A DNA stretch of 64,000 nt, taken from the NCBI GenBank assembly GCA_009785555.1, contig WQWB01000003.1, positions 2,280 through 66,279 of the forward strand. The letters run 5' to 3'. This DNA is from Defluviitaleaceae bacterium (lineage in GTDB: Bacteria > Bacillota > Clostridia > Lachnospirales > WRAX01). This document shows positions 18,025 through 25,327 of this stretch, one piece after another. The notes under the pieces were generated by a model, which saw nothing but the letters and a program-made list of their open reading frames with translations, was not told where the DNA came from and searched no databases. Position 1 is the stretch's first letter, and each line of letters opens with the position of its first letter. Made by a program: the position numbers and the translations under genes.

Positions 18025-18798
18025 GTGATTGTTTTGATAAATAAGATAATATTATACACAGCAATACTATTGGCGGTTTTAATGGTTTCCGCCGCACTTC
18101 CAAGCAGCCTATACGCCAGCAGCGATGCACACACAAGCATACCCCAATATATGGACGTTATACTGCCAGACGGCACAATAATCATTATACCTTCGGAATA
18201 CCGTTTCATGCCGCACGCAATCTTGGTACAGCTGTTCGGGCATACGCGCCTCGTTACGCCGCCCACTTTGCTGCCGCACACAGCTGCCGCCTACATCCCC
18301 AACGACCCCGTTCCCCATTTTTCGCTTATAAACGCATACGGCAGCATCATCCCGGCGCATTATATATCTATGGAAACGTACTTCCCCTTTGGTTTTGACG
18401 ATAACTACATCTTCGTAGATGGAAAACCCTTTGCGTTCTCTTATACATTCCTTGCGTCCACCACAGGTTATTGCCCATGTGTCAGGTGTACAGGTATTTG
18501 GTCGGCGGAGCATCCATCCCGGATTGGCACAAACTTCGTACAGCGCACTTCGTCCGGCCTTCTCGCGCAACTTGGCGTTGTGGCGGTGGATAGAACTAGG
18601 ATCCCCCTTGGCACTCTTTTATTTATAGAAGGCTACGGCTTTGCGGTTGCGGGCGACATAGGCAGTGCCGTGCGCGGCAACGTGGTGGACCTCTTCTTCG
18701 AAACGCATGAAAGAGCTTTAGCGCATGGCCGCCGCAACCGCAATGTTTTTATCCTATATGACCAAACCATAGACCTCGGCATTGATTGGTCGAGGTAA
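18025..18798 (+). CDS. 3D-domain (RlpA/MltA-like barrel) cell-wall protein
   Basis: Signal anchor. C-terminal ...TGYCPCVRCTG...TSSG...GVVAVDRTRIPLGTLLFIEGYGFAVAGDIGSAVRGNVVDLFF... = 3D domain pattern. GTG start. Confidence 0.7.
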   Translation: MIVLINKIILYTAILLAVLMVSAALPSSLYASSDAHTSIPQYMDVILPDGTIIIIPSEYRFMPHAILVQLFGHTRLVTPPTLLPHTAAAYIPNDPVPHFSLINAYGSIIPAHYISMETYFPFGFDDNYIFVDGKPFAFSYTFLASTTGYCPCVRCTGIWSAEHPSRIGTNFVQRTSSGLLAQLGVVAVDRTRIPLGTLLFIEGYGFAVAGDIGSAVRGNVVDLFFETHERALAHGRRNRNVFILYDQTIDLGIDWSR

Positions 18799-18823
18799 TA
18801 ACACACCTTAAAAATACGCCAAT

Positions 18824-19795
18824 TTATTCTCCCCTCATTATCCTCTCAATAACCGGCACAATATCGTTAGACGGGATGCTGTACCCCACGCCCTCAACAG
18901 GGCGTTCCTCCGTACCGCGCGCTCCCCTCGCCGTATTCATGCCTATCACTTCGCCGGTAAGGGCAACTAACGGCCCCCCACTGTTGCCGTGGTTTATCGC
19001 ACTGTTCGTCTGTATAACGTTTACGCGCATATCGTCTATTACGATAAACCGGTTTACAGCGGAGATTATCCCGTTGGTAGACGACAGCCCGTCACCCAAC
19101 GCATTACCTATTGCGATCACAATATCACCGACCCTATAGTTATCCGAGTCGCCAAATGTTATAATATGCACTGGGCTGCCGGCCGCTTCGCCTACTGCAA
19201 GGTTAAACGTAGACTTTAAGACGCTTATAACCGCTATATCCCTGCTAGTATCGTATCCCATAATATGCGCAGTCACGTTCGCCCCGTTCCCCACAAGAAC
19301 GTTGACTATGTCCGCACCTTGAACAACATGTGCGTTCGTAACTATATAAACGCGCGTGGGTGACTCGTAAAATACCATACCACTGCCCTGCCCTGCGCTT
19401 ACGTACCGCCTGCCCGCGCCAGGTTCACCGCGCAAAGCCTGTATGCGCACCACCGCCGGTTGCACGGCCGCGATTATATCCGCGTATGAAAACATCATAT
19501 CCCTATACATCCCGCCGAGATTACCCACGGGTACGGAAAAGTCCGAACGGATCGACGAATCGAACGTCATCCGCGGGATGATCACGTCCACTGCGACCCT
19601 GTACCCGATACCGATGCCAAACCCGGCAAGCGGCGCTGCGATTAACGCAAGTATGAATAAAACCGTCGTCGCACGGCGAAACCTGTCTATCACCGGCCTA
19701 CCTGTATGCCCCATTTCTGTCAAATACGCCGAATAGTCATTTATCGCCCTTAAAGCCTCATCGGCGGTTTGTAGGTTGTTTTGATCTTCACTCAT
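18824..19795 (-). CDS. S1C (HtrA-like) serine protease, no PDZ domain evident
   Basis: Catalytic His (VTNAHVV), Asp (DIAVISV) and Ser (GNSGGPLV). N-terminal TM segment. Confidence 0.8.
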   Translation of the reverse strand: MSEDQNNLQTADEALRAINDYSAYLTEMGHTGRPVIDRFRRATTVLFILALIAAPLAGFGIGIGYRVAVDVIIPRMTFDSSIRSDFSVPVGNLGGMYRDMMFSYADIIAAVQPAVVRIQALRGEPGAGRRYVSAGQGSGMVFYESPTRVYIVTNAHVVQGADIVNVLVGNGANVTAHIMGYDTSRDIAVISVLKSTFNLAVGEAAGSPVHIITFGDSDNYRVGDIVIAIGNALGDGLSSTNGIISAVNRFIVIDDMRVNVIQTNSAINHGNSGGPLVALTGEVIGMNTARGARGTEERPVEGVGYSIPSNDIVPVIERIMRGE

Positions 19796-20259
19796 AATCT
19801 AAAAAGCCCTTTCTGCCTTACAATCTCATATAAAACAATACCAGCCGTTACAGACAAGTTAAGCGACCGCTTATTATTTATCATCGGAACGTAAACAGAC
19901 GATTCGCCGTACTTTTCCAAAATAAATTGCGGTATACCCGTCGTCTCCTTGCCCAGCATGATAAAATCGTCCACCCCATACGCGGCGTCCGTATAATTAT
20001 GTTCACCCGTAGTCTCAACTAACCATAACTTCGACTGCGGAAAGTTGTGCGCCATAAACCCTTCAAAATCGGCAAAGCAGTCATGCACGTATAACTCAAT
20101 ATCCGCCCAATAATCAAGCCCCGTGCGACGGATGTGCTTTTCGTCCATGGAAAACCCAAGCGGGCGGATAAGGTGCAGTGCCGTACCCGTGCAGACGCAT
20201 GTGCGCCCTATCGCGCCCGTGTTGTGCGGTATCTCCGGCTCATACAGTACAATGTGCAT
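19792..20259 (-). CDS. trmL: tRNA (cytidine/uridine-2'-O)-methyltransferase TrmL (SpoU family)
   Basis: ...LYEPEIPHNTGAIGRTC...LHLIRPLGF... 155 aa. 4-nt overlap with the protease gene. Confidence 0.85.
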   Translation of the reverse strand: MHIVLYEPEIPHNTGAIGRTCVCTGTALHLIRPLGFSMDEKHIRRTGLDYWADIELYVHDCFADFEGFMAHNFPQSKLWLVETTGEHNYTDAAYGVDDFIMLGKETTGIPQFILEKYGESSVYVPMINNKRSLNLSVTAGIVLYEIVRQKGLFRL

Positions 20260-20597
20260 TAACTAAATTACCTTTCTTCAAAACTCCATATAATTCAGTA
20301 TAACACACAAAATAACAAATGTAAATCTAACGGAAATTTTCTTTCGTGCATTTCGTGTATTTCGTAGTTATCATAATTAGACTACGAAACGCATGAAAAT
20401 ACAAACCTTGACAATACCGAAAAGCTAATATATATTAATTTCAAATATACTAATAGCATAAATTTGTGCCTGATAATTGTGAAGCTTCGGAATATGGTAT
20501 TTAAAATGTCATTAAAGTAATTATATAATATTTGCGATAATTTTTGTCGAGTATATTGCTAACAGGTTTTGTATAATGAGTTTCGAGGAGATGCACA

Positions 20598-21548
20598 ATG
20601 GCAAACAAAGACCCGATACGGGTGGTTTTGGAGTATATAGACGAAAACTTGGATGAGTATCTATCCGTTGGCAGGTTATCTGAAATAGCAAACTATTCCG
20701 TACCGCAATTATTTCGGCTGTTTATGGCAGATATGGATATTACGCCAATTAAATATGTTCTTAGGCGTAGGCTTTATTGCGCCGCCAAAGAGCTGGTCTG
20801 TAGCGATTTGAAAATCGTTGATATCGCATATTCGTTCAGGTTCGAGTCGCACGATTCGTTTTGCCGCGCATTTAAGCGGGTTTATGCCGTTTCGCCAAAA
20901 AAATTTCGGCTAGAAGCTAAAAGGTTGAATGGTTTTTACAGAAGTCTTTTTTGTGTGCCGGGATATAATGCGCCGAAATCCTTAATAAAACAAACAGAGG
21001 ATATCGAAAACATGAAAACAGAACATGGAGTTATCCACCACGTAGACATTGTAACCGTTCCCGAAACATTACTTATTGGCGTTGAACGGTTAGTCGGAGG
21101 AGGGTCGTTTGATGCATTCAGCGAGATATACGACAGGATTTTCCGCACCGCGCCCAACCGCAAGTACCCAAACTCAGAAAATGCCACGCATGGCATTCCT
21201 AGAGTGCATCCGGATGGAGATAAATTGCTTTACTTTGTTGGTGTAGAAGTCACAAGCCTGGATAATGTTCCGAATGGAGCGGTAAGCTTTGTGCTGCCAG
21301 AGCAGTTATGTGCGGTTATCGGTTACGAGGGAGGCGTCGATTACGACGAAATCAACGACTACTTCCGCGACAAATGGATTGCGCAAAGCGGGTATAAACT
21401 TGACCCTCATAAAATAGACCCTAATTTTCCCGTTGATTACGCATTTAAGACTTATGCGCCGTTATGGGAATATTATTCGCCAAATAAGGATTGTCCTGTT
21501 TACGAAGAGCGAATTTACTTACCCATAACGCATACTGTCGGAGGTTAA
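20598..21548 (+). CDS. AraC-family regulator with GyrI-like effector domain
   Basis: AraC HTH (...LSEIANYSVPQLFRLFMADMDITPIKYV...FRFESHDSFCRAFKRVYAVSPKKFR) followed by a GyrI-like C-terminus. Confidence 0.8.
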   Translation: MANKDPIRVVLEYIDENLDEYLSVGRLSEIANYSVPQLFRLFMADMDITPIKYVLRRRLYCAAKELVCSDLKIVDIAYSFRFESHDSFCRAFKRVYAVSPKKFRLEAKRLNGFYRSLFCVPGYNAPKSLIKQTEDIENMKTEHGVIHHVDIVTVPETLLIGVERLVGGGSFDAFSEIYDRIFRTAPNRKYPNSENATHGIPRVHPDGDKLLYFVGVEVTSLDNVPNGAVSFVLPEQLCAVIGYEGGVDYDEINDYFRDKWIAQSGYKLDPHKIDPNFPVDYAFKTYAPLWEYYSPNKDCPVYEERIYLPITHTVGG

Positions 21549-21549
21549 G

Positions 21550-22161
21550 ATGCTTGAAACGAAAAAGCCCCCGACGCTTGAGACGGAACGCCTTGTTCTG
21601 CTGCCATGGCGATTGGAATATGCGGACGATATGTTGCTGTTCGCTTCCAACGAAAATGTAATTACCGCGGCGGAATGGAAGTTAGTTGATAACATTAAGA
21701 AGGCACAAAAAAAGATACAGGGATATCTTGATAAAAAATCCAATGAATGGGCAATAGCGTTAAAGGAAAATGGCGAAAACAAAATCATTGGCACAATCGG
21801 GATGCATAGGAATATATTCAATAATTACAGGGCGATCGGCATACAAGCAATCTCATCAAACGAGGACAAATTGATGATTGACTTTGGTTATTTAATTGCC
21901 GAAGAATATTGGGGAAAAGGCATAGCTACGGAAGCATCAAAAAAAATTATAAATTATGCTTTCATTGAATCAAAATGCGATGTAATGACAGTTTGGCACA
22001 GAGTTTCTAATCATCGCTCCAAACGTGTTATAGAAAAATGCAATTTCAAACTCCGGGGCATTTTCCCCAAACATAGCCCTGATGCGCCAAATTCAAAGGC
22101 CTGTTATTTTTTAATGCGGGACGACTATTTAAATCTTTATAATATAGAGGAATTACTTTGA
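21550..22161 (+). CDS. GNAT N-acetyltransferase (RimJ/RimL-like)
   Basis: ...LETERLVLLPW... and ...YWGKGIATEASKKIINYAF... The last six codons and the stop lie inside repeat 22143..22289. Confidence 0.75.
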   Translation: MLETKKPPTLETERLVLLPWRLEYADDMLLFASNENVITAAEWKLVDNIKKAQKKIQGYLDKKSNEWAIALKENGENKIIGTIGMHRNIFNNYRAIGIQAISSNEDKLMIDFGYLIAEEYWGKGIATEASKKIINYAFIESKCDVMTVWHRVSNHRSKRVIEKCNFKLRGIFPKHSPDAPNSKACYFLMRDDYLNLYNIEELL

Positions 22162-22289
22162 AGTAGTATCAAAATTTAACTTGTTAAAATTTTGGTGCTA
22201 CTTCAAAGTAGAGCTGGGCATCGCGCAAGCGTCCCAGCTTGTTCGTAGAATAGTTACGTATGTAATTATTCTACGAACATTCCTCTATA
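22143..22289. repeat. TIR-bounded structured intergenic element (family 1, longest copy)
   Basis: TATAGAGGAAT (22143-22153) and ATTCCTCTATA (22279-22289) are perfect 11-bp inverted termini. They enclose three hairpins: TACTTTGAAGTAG/CTACTTCAAAGTA, AGCTGGG/CCCAGCT, TTCGTAGAAT/ATTCTACGAA. Confidence 0.75.
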
Positions 22290-22328
22290 TAGGAGAATGT
22301 TTCCAAATTTAATGAGTATACAGCCACC

Positions 22329-22362
22329 AAAAGCCGGAAAAATATTTTTTCGGCTTTTTTAA
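22329..22362 (+). terminator. intrinsic terminator
   Basis: AAGCCG (22331-22336) pairs with CGGCTT (22351-22356), followed by TTTTAATTTTT. Confidence 0.5.
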
Positions 22363-22370
22363 TTTTTCTC

Positions 22371-22424
22371 TTGACATTATCAGACTAATGTGATAGTCTA
22401 ATAGTGCAGACTATTGCAATAGTA
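22371..22424 (+). promoter_or_regulatory. promoter (TTGACA) overlapped by two dyad operators, probable BlaI-family autoregulation site
   Basis: TTGACA at 22371-22376. Dyads AGACTAatgtgaTAGTCT (22383-22400) and perfect palindrome ACTATTGCAATAGT (22411-22424), just upstream of the RBS and ATG 22446. Confidence 0.5.
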
Positions 22425-22445
22425 CAAATATGAAGGGAACCACGT

Positions 22446-22805
22446 ATGGACATAAAACTCTACGATTCCGAACTAAAGGTTATGGATGTGATATGGCGCG
22501 AAGGCGAAATATCCGCCAAAAATATTCGCGAGATTCTTGGTGGGGAAATTGGCTGGAACAAAAACACAACTTACACGGTGATAAAGAAATGCGTGGAAAA
22601 AGGCCTGGTTGAGCGAATCGAGCCGAACTTTGTTTGCCGTGCTTTGGTGAGCCGGGACGAGGTGCGCGCGTTTGAGCTGGATGAACTGATAAACCGCATG
22701 TACGACGGATCATCCGACATGCTTTTCGCCGCTCTCCTTGGCAGAAAAGATATCCCCGCGGAAACTATCGAGCGATTAAAGGAACTAATTGAAGGAGGCT
22801 TATAA
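22446..22805 (+). CDS. BlaI/MecI/CopY-family transcriptional repressor
   Basis: ...SELKVMDVIWREGEISAKNIREIL...WNKNTTYTVIKKCVEKGLVER... winged-helix penicillinase-repressor pattern. Followed by an M56 protein gene. Confidence 0.85.
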   Translation: MDIKLYDSELKVMDVIWREGEISAKNIREILGGEIGWNKNTTYTVIKKCVEKGLVERIEPNFVCRALVSRDEVRAFELDELINRMYDGSSDMLFAALLGRKDIPAETIERLKELIEGGL

Positions 22806-25012
22806 TGGCTTTTCTTCATGTAAGTATATCAAGTGGGATATTAATCGCCGTTATCTATCTCGTTCGGCACTTCAGTAGGCGGCGCATACCGCACACGGTT
22901 TTCACGCTTCTTTGGGGTGTTGTCTTGCTTAGGCTGCTTATGCCTTTTGAGATACCCGCGCCAACCAGCTTCTTCAACCTCTTCCAAAGCACGCTAGAAC
23001 CCGCAGTTAATACGAACATCCAGAATCATTACGCCCAAATGGATATTACACAATCACTTGTTCATATGCCGACTGACGAGGAAATAATACGCCCAAATGT
23101 AAACTTTATTACGGAAGGCGCCGAATTCACCTACTATACAACATCGGCAAGTGTATCCATGCCCTCTACCTCCATACCAGCCACAACCTATATAACCACG
23201 CAATCCCGGTTATCTGCACAAAATACCTTATTGGCAATTTGGCTTGCGGGCATTTCCCTCGGAGTTATCCTATTTACGCGTGAATACGTAAAGTGGCGTA
23301 AGGTTTTTGCTGATTCTTTACCTATCCCACCATGCAATGAAACGATTACCCGCTGGCTTACCCATAACCATCTATCGTTTCGCAAAATCCGTATACGCAC
23401 GTCCGATAAGGCAGCCACCCCGCTTACATACGGCGTATTGCGCCCCGTTATTTTACTGCCCAAAGCCACAGATCACACGGATTACACGGATCCTAAAACC
23501 CTTAGCCTAATTTTGACCCACGAGCTAGCCCATATAAAACGGTTTGACGCGCTAACGAAGATCGTCGCCGCCGCCGTACTGTGCCTGCATTGGTTCAATC
23601 CATTGGTGTGGCTGATGTACCTAACGCTTAACAAGGACATGGAGATGGCCGCGGACGAGGCCGTTATACAATTAAGCAACGATAGAATCGTGTATGCCCG
23701 CATGCTTATCCGCATGGCCGAAAGCAAGAACCGCCTTAGCTCAAACGCTGTATACAGCGGCTTTAGCAAATACCTTATCGAAGAAAGGATAAATTTGATT
23801 ATGAAAACTAAAAAGATTTCGCGTATGCTTGTTGCGATTGTGCTTATTTTAACCTTTGCCGCAACAGCCGTGTTTGCAACCAGCGCAGAAATAGAAATCA
23901 CGCCGGAACATACTCACGGAATACCCATAACCCGTATCAACCACGTTGCTTGGGAACCTGTGCCGGACGACGGGTTGATATCTTACGAAGATGCCGCATT
24001 GATAGGCTTAGATGCTGTCAACTCCGTTTGGGGCTACGATATGCTAAGTGATTATATATCCACCCGAGTTTATATGGCTCTCGAATACGAAGGTACGGCC
24101 ATTGTAAATATGCCAATGTGGCCATTTTGGTTTAACGGCCCATGGCCTACGTATTTACAGGAGTTTAACAGCGATTTAAACACATTTGTGCGGATTGAGA
24201 ATGATGATTTTTTTGCCCTGCACCGTTCTGTTAACGTAAATTCAAGGATTTCATTGGCTGCCCATCGTTCGTCTCCACCGTTATACTTACCAAACGAAAC
24301 ACAAGTTGAAAGAACACCTTTATCCCCGATAGAAATGCGGCTCCCCTACATTACCCGTGTTTGGCATGGCTTTATTTTTACAGAAAATGACGGCCAGATA
24401 ACAGCCTTTGCGTTTGCCGTAAATGCGGAAACGGGTGAACTATTAAATGTAAAACGAGGGATTACGACGCCTTTTATGCAATTAGCAGTTGAATTCGGAA
24501 GACTGCATAACCATTATGGTACGCAATTTAGAACGGAGCGCATAGCACAGGGGCGTGAGTTTAATGAAAATATGGTACATTCTTTTGTCCTCGATCAGAT
24601 TTGGGACTATGACATTACCGTAGAATACCGTAATTATGTGAATTCAATTACCAGCTATGTTGAAGATAATATTATTAGAAATCATAATACATTACCCGGC
24701 TATAATTTAAATATATTTGCGTTTAATAATCGGGCATGGCATAGAGCACTCGGCATAACCACATTTGGATCACTGCTTCTCAATTTGAGCGATGATTTTA
24801 ATATTAAGATAGACCAGGTAATGGAGGCATTTGTCGAAACAAATCTCATAGAGGGTAATTTTACGCATATTATGACGCCGTTGTCGGTAAATTATAATGT
24901 GCCATCCGTTACAATATTGCTTATGTGCAGAAGTAGCGGCGTGATGGTTGAGGTTTCGTTCCTTCTCTTTGACCCTGGCCAACTGCTGCGCGTGGATATC
25001 GTGCGACCATAA
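22805..25012 (+). CDS. BlaR1/M56-family membrane metalloprotease with non-canonical extracellular domain
   Basis: Multi-TM N-terminus, zinc motif ...LTHELAHIKRFD..., further TM, then about 370 aa of extracytoplasmic sequence with no obvious SxxK penicillin-binding motif. Confidence 0.8.
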   Translation: MAFLHVSISSGILIAVIYLVRHFSRRRIPHTVFTLLWGVVLLRLLMPFEIPAPTSFFNLFQSTLEPAVNTNIQNHYAQMDITQSLVHMPTDEEIIRPNVNFITEGAEFTYYTTSASVSMPSTSIPATTYITTQSRLSAQNTLLAIWLAGISLGVILFTREYVKWRKVFADSLPIPPCNETITRWLTHNHLSFRKIRIRTSDKAATPLTYGVLRPVILLPKATDHTDYTDPKTLSLILTHELAHIKRFDALTKIVAAAVLCLHWFNPLVWLMYLTLNKDMEMAADEAVIQLSNDRIVYARMLIRMAESKNRLSSNAVYSGFSKYLIEERINLIMKTKKISRMLVAIVLILTFAATAVFATSAEIEITPEHTHGIPITRINHVAWEPVPDDGLISYEDAALIGLDAVNSVWGYDMLSDYISTRVYMALEYEGTAIVNMPMWPFWFNGPWPTYLQEFNSDLNTFVRIENDDFFALHRSVNVNSRISLAAHRSSPPLYLPNETQVERTPLSPIEMRLPYITRVWHGFIFTENDGQITAFAFAVNAETGELLNVKRGITTPFMQLAVEFGRLHNHYGTQFRTERIAQGREFNENMVHSFVLDQIWDYDITVEYRNYVNSITSYVEDNIIRNHNTLPGYNLNIFAFNNRAWHRALGITTFGSLLLNLSDDFNIKIDQVMEAFVETNLIEGNFTHIMTPLSVNYNVPSVTILLMCRSSGVMVEVSFLLFDPGQLLRVDIVRP

Positions 25013-25073
25013 AGCAACCGGCCACTACCTTTATAGAGGCCGCCATAACCAGTCATGGCGGTAATCTTAACAT

Positions 25074-25113
25074 AAATATCACCCCGAACTTTACCTCCGG
25101 GGTGATATTTATT
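25074..25113 (+). terminator. intrinsic terminator after the M56 gene
   Basis: AAATATCACCCCG (25074-25086) pairs with CGGGGTGATATTT (25098-25110). Confidence 0.6.
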
Positions 25114-25114
25114 G

Positions 25115-25161
25115 TATAGAGGAATTACTTTAAAATTATTCTACGAACATTCCTCTGTATA
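25115..25161. repeat. family 1 element, short copy
   Basis: TATAGAGGAATTACTTT...ATTATTCTACGAACATTCCTCTGTATA. Shares both termini with 22143..22289 but lacks most of the interior. Confidence 0.7.
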
Positions 25162-25254
25162 GCTGTTCAACTTGAAAACGGTCTTTGTTTTCAAGTTGAA
25201 CCTTACAGTAATTGCATCTTATCGAACCATTTTATGGTTTAGTGAGTATATCAC
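25159..25254 (+). repeat. family 2 hairpin element
   Basis: ATAGCT + perfect 15-bp stem GTTCAACTTGAAAAC/GTTTTCAAGTTGAAC (7-nt loop) + conserved tail CCTTACAGTAATTGCA.CTTATCG...CATTTTATGGTTTA..GAGTATAT. Copies also at 38013..38162 and 57128..57223. Confidence 0.8.
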
Positions 25255-25265
25255 GCAAATTTAGC

Positions 25266-25294
25266 TTGAAAAAACTTGTCCTATATTGTATAAT
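25266..25294 (+). promoter_or_regulatory. sigma-A-like promoter for ppdK (TTGAAA-17 nt-TATAAT)
   Basis: TTGAAA at 25266-25271 and TATAAT at 25289-25294 with 17-nt spacing. AGGAGG RBS before ATG 25328. Confidence 0.55.
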
Positions 25295-25327
25295 AGCATT
25301 TGATAAATTTTAGGAGGTAACATTCAA

